From Chloroflexota bacterium (lineage in GTDB: Bacteria; Chloroflexota; Anaerolineae; UBA1429), in the NCBI GenBank assembly GCA_034722245.1, contig JAYENT010000026.1, positions 461 through 64,460 of the forward strand: DNA of 64,000 nucleotides. Direction: 5' to 3'. The position numbers and the translations under genes were made by a program. Below are positions 54,019-63,068 of this stretch, piece by piece. A model generated the notes under the pieces. The model made no database searches. It saw only the letters and a program-made list of their open reading frames with translations, and had not been told where the DNA came from. Every line of letters begins with the position of its first letter. The stretch's first letter is position 1.

Positions 54019-55916
54019 TATCTCACTCCTTCCAGCATCTCGCCTTGGAACTGCAAATCGTACATCTCTTTGTAAAGACCCCCTTCCCTCATCAGGAGTT
54101 CGTGGGCCGATTGCCCCTCGGTGCCGTGTGCCTCTTCCGCTATGCGCCCCTCCTTCAGAACCACGATGCGGTCCGCCTGCTGCACGGTCCACAATCGGTG
54201 GGCGATGACGAAGGTGGTGCGCCCCTCGCGCACTGTCTCCATGGCCTGCTGCATGCGCCGCTCGGTGTCCGCGTCCACGCTGGAGGTTGGCTCGTCCAGG
54301 ATGAGGATGTGTGGATCCGTGAGCAGCACCCGTGCCAGGGCGATGCGCTGGCGCTGTCCGCCGGATAGGCGCACCCCCCTCTCTCCCACGGGGGTGCCGT
54401 ATCCCAGGGGTAGGGACGCTATAAAGTCGTGTATCTGCACCGTGCGCGCTGCCCATTCAATATCCTCCTGGCTGGCGTCCGCGCTCCCATAGGCGATATT
54501 CTCACCAATGGAGGCGTCGAAGAGGAAGACGGTCTGCAGGGCTATACCGATGGCGTCGCGCAGGCTCTTCAACGTGACATCGCGAATATCGTGGCCGTCG
54601 ATGGTGATGCGCCCCTTGTCCACGTCATAGAAACGGGGCAGGAGGTGGACCATGGTCGTCTTGCCCGTTCCCGAGGGGCCTACCAGGGCCACCATCTCGC
54701 CGGGAGCGACGTCCAGGGTGATGTCGTGGAGTACCTCGTCGCCCTCATTGTAAGAAAAGTGAACGTGCTCATAGCGAATTCGCCCCTCAACGGGCGGTAG
54801 AGGGTAGGCATCGGGGGCGTCTTTGACCTCGGGTTCGATGTCCAGAACGCCAAAGACGCGCTGTGCCGCCGCCGTGGCGCGCATGAAGGCGTTGAGCATC
54901 ATGCCCGTCTGGCGAATGGGGCGAAACAGCATGTTGATATAGGTGGTGAAGCCGATCAGCGTGCCCAGGGACACTACGTTGCGCATGACGCCTCCACCGC
55001 CGACCCAGAGGACAAAGGCCATAAAGACGCCGCTCAACACATTCACATAGGGCATCCAGAGGGCGCGGATCTTGCCCGCCTCGATGCTGACGTCCATGAG
55101 GTTCTCGCTCTGCCGGTCGATCCTTTCCTCCTCCAAGTCCTCGCGTCCAAACAGTTTGATGACCTGGATGCCCACCAGGCTCTCCTGGATGGCCGTGGTG
55201 AGGTCGGCCAGTTTTCGACGTATCCTGCCAAAGACCGGGCGCAGCCGCCGGGCGTAGATCAGCATGCCATGAATCATAAGGGGGAGGAAAAAGAGGTATA
55301 GCAAGCCGAGACGCCAATCCCATACCAAAAGGACCCCCAGGATGCCTAGCAGGGTAAGGGAGTTGCCCACCACGATCACCACGGCGCGGGAAAAGAAATT
55401 GCTCAGGGCGTCCACGTCCGCCGTGACGCGGGACATCAGATCGCCCGTGCGGGTGCGGTCGTAGAAGGAGAAGGATAACTGGCTCAGATGCTCAAAGATG
55501 GCGTTGCGGATGCCAAAGATGATGCGCTGGCCCACATAGGCTCCCAAATACAGCCGGGCAAAGTCGATGGCCCCTTGCAGGAGGGAAAGTCCCAGCAGTC
55601 CCCCCGCCACCCACCATAGACCTGCCGTTCGGCCCGCGAGGATGAACTGGTCTACAGCATAGCGAATCAACCAGGGCGGAGCCAGTTCCATAATCGTGGT
55701 GACCAGCACGGCCGCAAGAACCAGCAGCATCATCCCGCTGTGGGGCCTCATATACTGCAGCAATCGCTTGAGGATGGGACCTATATTGCGGGGTGGACGC
55801 CCCCCTTTGGTTCCTGGACCTTTTCCCTGCCCTCTAGTGGCCTGGGGCCCACTTTTTTCTCGTGAGGCTCCTTGCCTTTGACTCTTGTTTGGGGATGGAG
55901 CGCTTGATCTTTTCAT
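54018..55916 (-). CDS. ABC exporter, fused permease/ATPase (MsbA-like), first subunit; N-terminal basic Gly/Pro-rich extension
   Basis: 6-TM domain then GPSGTGKTT Walker A, LSGGQRQRIALAR signature, ILILDEPTSSVD Walker B; about 45-aa basic G/P/K-rich N-terminal tail. Confidence 0.8.
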   Translation of the reverse strand: MKRSSAPSPNKSQRQGASREKSGPQATRGQGKGPGTKGGRPPRNIGPILKRLLQYMRPHSGMMLLVLAAVLVTTIMELAPPWLIRYAVDQFILAGRTAGLWWVAGGLLGLSLLQGAIDFARLYLGAYVGQRIIFGIRNAIFEHLSQLSFSFYDRTRTGDLMSRVTADVDALSNFFSRAVVIVVGNSLTLLGILGVLLVWDWRLGLLYLFFLPLMIHGMLIYARRLRPVFGRIRRKLADLTTAIQESLVGIQVIKLFGREDLEEERIDRQSENLMDVSIEAGKIRALWMPYVNVLSGVFMAFVLWVGGGGVMRNVVSLGTLIGFTTYINMLFRPIRQTGMMLNAFMRATAAAQRVFGVLDIEPEVKDAPDAYPLPPVEGRIRYEHVHFSYNEGDEVLHDITLDVAPGEMVALVGPSGTGKTTMVHLLPRFYDVDKGRITIDGHDIRDVTLKSLRDAIGIALQTVFLFDASIGENIAYGSADASQEDIEWAARTVQIHDFIASLPLGYGTPVGERGVRLSGGQRQRIALARVLLTDPHILILDEPTSSVDADTERRMQQAMETVREGRTTFVIAHRLWTVQQADRIVVLKEGRIAEEAHGTEGQSAHELLMREGGLYKEMYDLQFQGEMLEGVR

Positions 55917-56023
55917 GACCTGGAGTATCTCCCTCGTTTCATTATCTCCGTCTGGGAATCTTTAGGGACGTATTTTGTAGCCGCACTCGCAAGCGTGGCA
56001 TGTGTATACCTTGTCGCCTAGGG

Positions 56024-56338
56024 CTACGATTTCGTTTCCAACTTATGAAACGCCTCGCCCAAGCACTCTCGAGCCAGACGCTGATAGGCGGCAACGCGTT
56101 CGTAATCCAAATAGTAGTGCAGCCGATAGCCTTTGCGTTCGCCCCGTACGAGCCTCAGATCCTTGAGTACACGTAGGTGCTGGGACACGGCCGAAGAGGT
56201 TACGTCCAATTCCTCCGCCAGCCGGCTCACGCAGAGGGCCCGACCAGGTCGCTGTCGGGCCAGAAGACGTATAAGGCGCAGACGGGTCTCGTCGGCCAGG
56301 GCTTTATAGAAGGGAACCAGTTCGTCTATTTCGTTCAT
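56024..56338 (-). CDS. ArsR/SmtB-family metalloregulatory transcriptional repressor
   Basis: ALADETRLRLIRLLARQRPGRALCVSRLAEELDVTSSAVSQHLRVLKDLRLV winged-HTH of the ArsR family; about 104 aa. Confidence 0.8.
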   Translation of the reverse strand: MNEIDELVPFYKALADETRLRLIRLLARQRPGRALCVSRLAEELDVTSSAVSQHLRVLKDLRLVRGERKGYRLHYYLDYERVAAYQRLARECLGEAFHKLETKS

Positions 56339-56347
56339 CGCTTTGAT

Positions 56348-56369
56348 TTAGTGATTACTTACACACTAA
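56348..56369. promoter_or_regulatory. Inverted repeat (TTAGTG-N10-CACTAA) immediately upstream of arsR; candidate operator
   Basis: Read directly at 56348-56353 and 56364-56369, 10-30 nt upstream of the arsR start in the divergent arsR/larC-like intergenic region. Confidence 0.25.
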
Positions 56370-56603
56370 TATAGTCGGAGATTTTAGGTTGTCAAATCTG
56401 CTAGCCGCATCGACCGCCATGAATCGGCTGGCCGGTCCTTCACTCATCAATGTTCTTTTGGAATCGAGATCAAGAGCTGATTTGACTTTCTCCACCGCGT
56501 CGATCAGGCTGTGGAAGTTGCCGCTCCTGGTGGCTCTCCCTATAATCGACGCGGACATGGTCATTGAAGGGAATCCATTCAATCGCGAAGAAAGGGGCTG
56601 GAT

Positions 56604-57521
56604 GTGTCGAATAGAATCGCGTACTTTGACTGCTTTTCGGGCGCCAGCGGCGATATGCTGTTGGGCAGTCTTCTGGATGCCGGTTTGGATTTTGAGCAAC
56701 TGAAGGAGGATTTGGGGCGTTTGGGGCTGTCCGGTTACGAGTTGGAGATGACTCCGCAATTGTGCCATGGTATTAGGGGCACCAAACTGGACGTTGTCAT
56801 TCGGGGAAATGAGCGTCCAGCGCGAAACTTGCGGGCAGTGAAGAGTGTCCTTGAGAAAAGCGATCTTCCCGAGGAAGTGATCGAGCAGAGCGTGGCGGTG
56901 TTTCAGCGTTTGGCCGAGGCTGAGGCAGAAATACATGGTGTGTCGGTGGACGATGTACACTTTCACGAGGTGAGGGCTGTGGACACGCTGATAGACATCG
57001 TGGGGTTTTGTTCTGCTGTGCATCGCCTCGAACTGGTGAAGCTCTATGCGTCGCCCCTGCGCGTCGGTAGGGGGACGGTTCGTACGGAGCACGGCTTGCT
57101 GCCCGTGCCAGCGCCTGCGACGCTGGCCCTGCTCGCTTCTGCCGATGCCCCCGTGATCTCTTCTGAGGGGGAAGGGGAGATGGTCACGCCGACGGGAGCG
57201 GCCCTGCTCACAACGCTGACAATCTTCTCCCAGCCCCCAATGCGCGTGCAGCGCGTGGGATATGGGTTTGGCACAAAACAGTTTCCCTGGGCCAATGTGG
57301 TGCGCGTGTGGATCGGTGAGGAGATAGCGGGGGATGGGCTCTCTCCCGAACACGGAGGACATCATCATGTCTACGGGGACCCTCATGAGCACCTGCACGA
57401 ACATGCAGCCGGGGATAAGAGCGTCCACGTTCACGAGCATGAGCTTGACGAACACGAGAGCGACCCTCATGCTCTAGGAGCACATGGGCGTGTCCGAGAG
57501 GAGCAAGAGGACGAACAGTAA
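56604..57521 (+). CDS. LarC-family nickel-insertion protein, N-terminal (LarC1/DUF111) domain with His-rich C-terminal tail; CTP-binding LarC2 domain absent
   Basis: MSNRIAYFDCFSGASGDMLLGSLLDAGL matches the DUF111/LarC N-terminal consensus; C-terminus HGGHHHVYGDPHEHLHEHAAGDKSVHVHEHELDEHESDPH; protein ends at 305 aa versus about 400-420 for full LarC. Confidence 0.65.
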   Translation: MSNRIAYFDCFSGASGDMLLGSLLDAGLDFEQLKEDLGRLGLSGYELEMTPQLCHGIRGTKLDVVIRGNERPARNLRAVKSVLEKSDLPEEVIEQSVAVFQRLAEAEAEIHGVSVDDVHFHEVRAVDTLIDIVGFCSAVHRLELVKLYASPLRVGRGTVRTEHGLLPVPAPATLALLASADAPVISSEGEGEMVTPTGAALLTTLTIFSQPPMRVQRVGYGFGTKQFPWANVVRVWIGEEIAGDGLSPEHGGHHHVYGDPHEHLHEHAAGDKSVHVHEHELDEHESDPHALGAHGRVREEQEDEQ

Positions 57522-57834
57522 TGACGGAGATTCATAGGTAAGGATGGTTCGCAGGTAGGAGAACTTTGCCGGACAAAACAGCACACCTTGAGCGGTCTGA
57601 GTCTATGTGCGGTCGGTGTAACTGCATCTTGCGCATCGATCTATCCGACGGGCGAATCCGGGCGCAACAGACGGGGCGTTACGTACCGGACTGCTGGGAA
57701 GTCGAGGACTGGCAGCGAAACCGGCCAAGATGCTGATCACGAGCGGCCTATCTTTTTAATCTCGCTACAATGCTGGCCAGTATCTTGTCCGTGGACTGGT
57801 TGCGTCTTGGATAACCCGCTTCTGGGGCGTTCGC

Positions 57835-58503
57835 TCACACCTGCTTTGCAGAGAACTTGAGGCGGCCAAAGCGTGCGGGAGTGTGATAGTCGATGCGTCC
57901 CGGCGGCGACCAGGCGCTGAATTCGTCTCCCTCACGGGCTCGGTCGATGCGGTAAAGGTTGACGTACCATTCGTCGCCCGGTTGGGGCGGTATGTTGGGA
58001 GCCGTGAGGAAGTCGGCCATGGGAATGGCCATCTCTACCGTCCATGAACGGTCATCCGTGAAGCGCCTCTTCGGGTTGCCATCCACGGTTACCGCCGTGT
58101 GCAGCCCCTTGCTATCCCAGTCCCACAGCCCCTTGCGCCGCTGGCCGTGAATGAGCATGAATAGGTCCAGCACCGCGTTCAATGGATTTACCTCGATCTC
58201 CACGTAGCCATGACCGTCACAGTCGGCGTCGACGAACACCTCCACCACCTCTTGGTTGTAGATATCCCGATCCCGCTCCGTTGTGGTGCCCCAGATGTCG
58301 GTATCCTGGCAGGTGAAGGCGACATAAAGATAGTCATCGTCCCAGAGGAGACGCACCTCGGTATCCTGACGGGGCGTTTCGCCGGTATCGGCCAGAACGA
58401 GATGCAAGGCAGGTGCCTTTTCCCATGATAGTTCCTTCAAGCGGCCGTCGACGGTGATCGGTGAGGACGCGCGGTAACAGGTGTATAGGGGGCGTTTGAA
58501 CAC
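57835..58503 (-). CDS. CBM9-like (DOMON-like) carbohydrate-binding domain protein
   Basis: ITVDGRLKELSWEKAPALHL...RLLWDDDYLYVAFTCQDTDIWGTTTERDRDIYNQEVVEVFVDADCDGHGYVEIEVNPLNAVLDLF resembles PF06452 family-9 CBM fold proteins; no obvious signal peptide. Confidence 0.55.
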   Translation of the reverse strand: MFKRPLYTCYRASSPITVDGRLKELSWEKAPALHLVLADTGETPRQDTEVRLLWDDDYLYVAFTCQDTDIWGTTTERDRDIYNQEVVEVFVDADCDGHGYVEIEVNPLNAVLDLFMLIHGQRRKGLWDWDSKGLHTAVTVDGNPKRRFTDDRSWTVEMAIPMADFLTAPNIPPQPGDEWYVNLYRIDRAREGDEFSAWSPPGRIDYHTPARFGRLKFSAKQV

Positions 58504-58662
58504 GCTTCTTCCTCCTTGTCACTTTATAATCCACTAGAAAGTAAGTGCCGCCGATGGAGCCTGGCCTTTTGATACTCTTGTATGTCGATGATGATTTTGA
58601 TAGTCATACAAGAGTATCAAACTTGCGCGCCTGTGTGGTAGGGTGCCTTTCTCTTGCACGGT

Positions 58663-59913
58663 CTATTCTCGTCGGCGTCCCAGGAACAGGGCGTGAAGCA
58701 GCGCCACGAGGCAACCTTGCCCGGGGGCGGGCCCCGGCGGGGGAGGCGTGGGCGTGGGTTCGGGGGCGGGCGATATCTCATTCTGATAGGCGCGCCAGGC
58801 GTCCGCACGACCGCTCCCTTGAGCATAGGCCGTGTCGCCCAGGTCAAGGCTCGTGCTCATCAGCCGCTCTTTCACCTCCTGTGGGCTTAGGTTGGGTTCC
58901 GCCTGCAACAGCAGGGCGCAGATGCCCGCAGCGTGAGGTGCGGACATACTCGTGCCCGATGCGGTCGTATAGTATTGGTTGACCGGGCTCCCCATCTTGG
59001 TCCCATTGGCCCGTGCTGAGATGATATTATTACCTGGCAGCACAATGTCGGGTTTTATGCGGCCGTCGGCCGTGGGGCCTCGGGAGGAGAATTCTGCCAC
59101 CTGATCCGCATCGTTGGTGCCTCCCACTGTGATGACGTCTTTAGCGCAACCGGGTGAGCCTATGGTATAATCGCTGGGCCCCTCGTTCCCAGCAGCCACA
59201 CAGACGACCACCCCTTCACGGACGGCTGCATTGCACATGTCGCACAGGGCATCCGTGCCATCGCAGAGGCCTGGGCTTCCCAAGGACAGGTTGATGATCT
59301 GTACTCCCTGTTGGACAGCCCAGTCGACACCGGCCATTACGTCGCTCATCATACCGCCGCCATTGGCTCCGAGTACTCTGGCAGAGTAGATGTGTGCTCC
59401 GGGCGCTACGCCTCTGTACAAGGCCTGGCTGGCGGCGCCCGATCCAGCCGCTATTCCCGCACAGTGGGTGCCGTGACCGTGCTCATCGGCTGGCCCGTGT
59501 CCCGTAAAGTCGGTGGTCTCAATGATACGTTGCTCGAAATCCGGATGTGCTTCATCAATCCCTGTATCTATGATGGCGATGCGCACTCCCTCGCCCGTGA
59601 GGCCCGCTTTCCAGACGCGCGGTACTTGAATGTGTGGTACCGACGTATCCAGAAAGGCGTGTACGGGCAAGTCCTCATATATCCTGACTGTGTCTGGATC
59701 GGCCTTGAGATTCCGTATGGCATCGGGCGTAGCATACATCTGCACAAAGGGTCTCAGTCGATACCGATATCCTTCCTGAATGCCGCGCCGCGGAGCGCGG
59801 TGGTGCAATATGTGCCTCCTAGCCTTGTACTGTACGATAATGGGCAGGGAGGTCTCTTCTTCTGTCTCGGCCAGAGTGCGCAGGAGACCACGTGTAATTT
59901 TCTCGTCTGTCAC
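58663..59913 (-). CDS. S8 family subtilisin-like serine peptidase with N-terminal I9 propeptide and Pro-rich C-terminal tail
   Basis: Catalytic triad blocks AIIDTGID (Asp), HGTHCAGIAAG (His), GTSMSAPHAAGICALL (Ser); C-terminus PAPEPTPTPPPPGPAPGQG. Confidence 0.85.
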   Translation of the reverse strand: MTDEKITRGLLRTLAETEEETSLPIIVQYKARRHILHHRAPRRGIQEGYRYRLRPFVQMYATPDAIRNLKADPDTVRIYEDLPVHAFLDTSVPHIQVPRVWKAGLTGEGVRIAIIDTGIDEAHPDFEQRIIETTDFTGHGPADEHGHGTHCAGIAAGSGAASQALYRGVAPGAHIYSARVLGANGGGMMSDVMAGVDWAVQQGVQIINLSLGSPGLCDGTDALCDMCNAAVREGVVVCVAAGNEGPSDYTIGSPGCAKDVITVGGTNDADQVAEFSSRGPTADGRIKPDIVLPGNNIISARANGTKMGSPVNQYYTTASGTSMSAPHAAGICALLLQAEPNLSPQEVKERLMSTSLDLGDTAYAQGSGRADAWRAYQNEISPAPEPTPTPPPPGPAPGQGCLVALLHALFLGRRRE

Positions 59914-59918
59914 TGTGT

Positions 59919-60179
59919 TTACCTCCCCAGGGCGCTGACCGGCCGGTCGGTCTCAATGCGTGTGATCCATGACCGCCGGGCCAACTTGAGGGCTGTGCGT
60001 CCCGTGCAACGTACACTGGCGCCGCCCGTCAGGCGGAAGCGGCGTTTGATCTCCACGCCGAGATCCTCCAAGCTCTTGCTCCGCTCGCCCAGGTTGCCCT
60101 CGGTGTGGATGATTAGATCGAAATCAGCGCTGGGATTGTTGCGCCAAGCCTTGCGAAGTTCGGCATCGACTTTGGCCAT
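59919..60179 (-). CDS. Small stand-alone peptidase-inhibitor-I9-like (subtilase propeptide-like) protein
   Basis: 86 aa from ATG 60179 (GGGAGGAAG SD); ends ...LARRSWITRIETDRPV, resembling the V.yIE.D..v end of I9 propeptides; immediately upstream of and co-directional with the S8 peptidase. Confidence 0.4.
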   Translation of the reverse strand: MAKVDAELRKAWRNNPSADFDLIIHTEGNLGERSKSLEDLGVEIKRRFRLTGGASVRCTGRTALKLARRSWITRIETDRPVSALGR

Positions 60180-60751
60180 AAGTTTCTTCCTCCCTCGATT
60201 GGTTCCATACACTACCTCATCATAGCAGCAGCGGTGGACCACGTCAAAGCCGACGACGGGGTCTTGCTTCCACATGTGAGCATGGGGGAGGCTTGTCCGT
60301 ATTCGAAGGATGCAATGGGCGCGTGCGCGCGATGTGACCTAGTTGCCTATGCTCGGACTGTATGCTGCAAGTTTGGCTGATCTGCGCGTAATCTCTCAAA
60401 CTTGCGCTTAGGCCGCGAACTGCCCTGAGGGGCACCTTGCGATTGTCAGCACGACGGTGGTGCTTGGGGCAAATAGCGGACTGAAATTTCGTTCGCTTCT
60501 GTCAACGCGTTCGCCTATAATTGTGGTAGCGGGGACGATGCATGGATGAGAGAGGGGATGTGGGCATCGAGTGTGAGTTGAGGAAACCTATATCTTTCGC
60601 GGATATAGTCGTCAGGAAAGAGGCTGAAAGGGGAAGGAAGTAATGATACAGACGGTAGCCTCGATACAGTCGCTTTTTCACCTGCCGGCGTGTGGATTCA
60701 CTGGTCAAAACTTGTAGGAGAACTCGTTAGAAAGCTGGGCAAGGGGGCAAG

Positions 60752-61672
60752 ATGACAGAAAAGCTGCATATAGGGTTTATCGGTCTGGGAACTATGGGGA
60801 AGCCTATGGCGCGGAGGCTCCTTCGGGCCGGGTATTCGCTAACCGTTCATAACCGTAGTCGGGAGTCGGTGGAAGAACTGAGTCAGGAGGGGGCCACGCC
60901 CGCGTTCTCTCCGCGCGAGGTGGGAGAGGCCTCCGACGTGGTGATCACCATGCTTCCCTCCTCCCCAAATGTACGTGAGGTGGTACTGGGACCGGATGGG
61001 GTGTTGGAGGGTATATCGCCTGGCGGCATCATCATCGATATGAGCACCATAAACCCTCTGGTGACTCGCGAGATTGCCGCCGAGGCACAGGAGAAGGGCG
61101 TGAAGATGCTCGATGGGCCGGTGAGTGGGGGCCCTTCTGGCGCCGAGGCAGGGACCCTCACTATCATGGTCGGCGGTGAGGAGGAGGTCCTGGAGGCATG
61201 CCGTCCGATCCTTGCGGTTTTGGGAGAGAGGATCTATCACGTGGGCGGGGTGGGGATGGGAGAGGTGGTCAAGGTGTGCAACAACCTCATCCTGGCCAGC
61301 AGCATGGCGGCCGTGGGAGAGGCCTTCGCTCTCGGGGTAAAGGCCGGCGCCGATCCCAAAGACCTCTATGAGGTGATCACCCACAGCAGCGGCTCCTGTG
61401 CCTGTCTGGAGACGGGCGTCCCTTATCCTGGCGTCATCTCCGATGGGCCGGCGGACAAGGAATTTGCCCCCCGCTTTACCCTAGATATGATGTTCAAGGA
61501 CGTGGGGCTGGGATTGGACGCTGCAAAGGATCTGAAGGTGCCTCTGCCCGTGGTGGGAGCCGCCTATCAGATGTACAATGCGGCGCGGGGGTGGGGATAT
61601 GGCGGGAAGGACTTTAGCGCCGTGGCCCGGGTCGTGCAGCGGATCACGGAGCAGGGAGAAGGAGATGGTTAG
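60752..61672 (+). CDS. NAD(P)-dependent 3-hydroxyisobutyrate/tartronate-semialdehyde reductase family (HIBADH/GarR-like)
   Basis: IGFIGLGTMGKPMARRLL Rossmann motif; DMSTINP; DGPVSGGPSGAEAGTLTIMVGG; KVCNNLILA blocks typical of the family. Confidence 0.85.
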   Translation: MTEKLHIGFIGLGTMGKPMARRLLRAGYSLTVHNRSRESVEELSQEGATPAFSPREVGEASDVVITMLPSSPNVREVVLGPDGVLEGISPGGIIIDMSTINPLVTREIAAEAQEKGVKMLDGPVSGGPSGAEAGTLTIMVGGEEEVLEACRPILAVLGERIYHVGGVGMGEVVKVCNNLILASSMAAVGEAFALGVKAGADPKDLYEVITHSSGSCACLETGVPYPGVISDGPADKEFAPRFTLDMMFKDVGLGLDAAKDLKVPLPVVGAAYQMYNAARGWGYGGKDFSAVARVVQRITEQGEGDG

Positions 61673-61888
61673 GAGGAATCCTGCCCCTGTAAAACCGCCG
61701 CCCGACGAGGGACCATGTGCGCGGATCTCGGGACAGAGGTGATCTGATGCAAAACGTTCCTCTCTTATCGCTGCCGTTGGATGGCTCGCGAGATGATCGG
61801 GGAGATGCTTTGTAGACAAGCTTTTTCCATGTGGGGCAGATGTTTTCTCAAGAGCGGAAGGACGCTGTAGAAAGGTTAGGAGGGGATA

Positions 61889-62719
61889 ATGATCGTAGAT
61901 TCTCACACTCATGCGTGGCTTCGCTGGCCCTACGAGCCTCTGGTGCCGGATGTGGACAACCGAGGCCGCGTGGAGCAGCTGCTCTGGGAGATGGACCGCC
62001 ACGGCGTGGATAAAGCGGTATTGGTCTGTGCGAACATCACCCACAATCCCGACGATAACGACTATGTGGCCGAGTGTGTGGCGCGCTATCCGGAGAGATT
62101 GATCCAATTCGCTGACGTGGATTGTAAATGGTCATCCACTTATCATCTCCCTGGTGCGGCCGGCCGTCTGCGGCAGGCCGCGGGTCGGTACCAATTGAAA
62201 GGGTTTACCCATTATCTGCAAGATGATACGGAGTGGTTCGCGTCGGAAGAGGGGCTGGCCTTCTTTGAAGTGGCTGCCGACCTGGGCCTGATTGCGAGTT
62301 TGGCCTTGTCGCCCGCGTGGCAGCCGGCCCTGCGTGAATTGGCCCGGCAGTTCCCCTCTGTGCCTTTCCTGTGCCATCACATGGCGGGCGCTAGGGTAGG
62401 ACAGGAGGAGGAACTAGAGGAAATCCTGCGCTCCGCTGAGGTTCCCAATATCTACATCAAGCTCTCCGGTTTCCATTATGCATCCCAGGTGAGCTGGGAC
62501 TATCCCCAGGCCGATACGCATCCCATCGTGCGTGCCCTCTATGATAACTTTGGCCCCGCGCGCCTGTGCTGGGGCTCAGACTATCCCGTGGTGCGCTTTC
62601 ACATGACGTACCAGCAGGCATTGGAAGCTTTTCGCACCCATTGTACCTTTGTGTCCGATGAGGACAAGGAATTGATCCTAGGAGGAAACTTGGAGCGTCT
62701 GCTGGCGAGTGCGGGGTGA
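61889..62719 (+). CDS. Amidohydrolase-2 family metal-dependent hydrolase (lactonase-like, e.g. L-fucono-1,5-lactonase type)
   Basis: MIVDSHTHAW... HxH at N-terminus, about 276 aa TIM-barrel amidohydrolase_2 pattern (...CHHMAG..., ...WGSDYP...). Confidence 0.75.
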   Translation: MIVDSHTHAWLRWPYEPLVPDVDNRGRVEQLLWEMDRHGVDKAVLVCANITHNPDDNDYVAECVARYPERLIQFADVDCKWSSTYHLPGAAGRLRQAAGRYQLKGFTHYLQDDTEWFASEEGLAFFEVAADLGLIASLALSPAWQPALRELARQFPSVPFLCHHMAGARVGQEEELEEILRSAEVPNIYIKLSGFHYASQVSWDYPQADTHPIVRALYDNFGPARLCWGSDYPVVRFHMTYQQALEAFRTHCTFVSDEDKELILGGNLERLLASAG

Positions 62720-63068
62720 TAGCCGTGATCATGATCAAGACACGAGTGCGACGCATGCGCTCCAAGGGTCTCGCTGCCGCATCTTCGACGTCCAGCCCGT
62801 TCTTCTGATCGAGCGGTACTGTACGCGCGCCTTTGCGAGGCTGTACGCCCTGTCCTACAATGGAACAGGCAGTGTAAAAACCGCTAACGCAGCATTCTTG
62901 GCGATCACCTGAACGGCCAAAGTCCCCCCACGTGTGCGGGAAACGCCCGGCAGGGCGTACACAAGGAATCTGACACTGCGCCTAGACTTCTATGGGCTCA
63001 GCGTATTCTCAACGGGTATTGGGGGCTAACGATAGTGTACAAGGTAGAGATGAGAAGGAGCGAGCAGC

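Noticed and set aside
54019-54456. 146-codon N-terminal extension (His/Arg/Gly-rich) of the second ABC exporter ORF in the ORF track
   Set aside because: The ATG at 54018 overlaps the upstream gene's stop (TAATG) and begins the conserved TM domain. The upstream extension is low-complexity read-through of the overlapping gene's 3' end in another frame.
56389-56703. 104-aa plus-strand ORF spanning the arsR/larC-like divergent promoter region and overlapping the larC-like start
   Set aside because: It overlaps a well-supported gene start in another frame and has no family features.
57588-57860. 90-aa ORF in the LarC-downstream gap
   Set aside because: No recognisable domain. It overlaps the 3' end of the convergent CBM9-like gene and is probably spurious.
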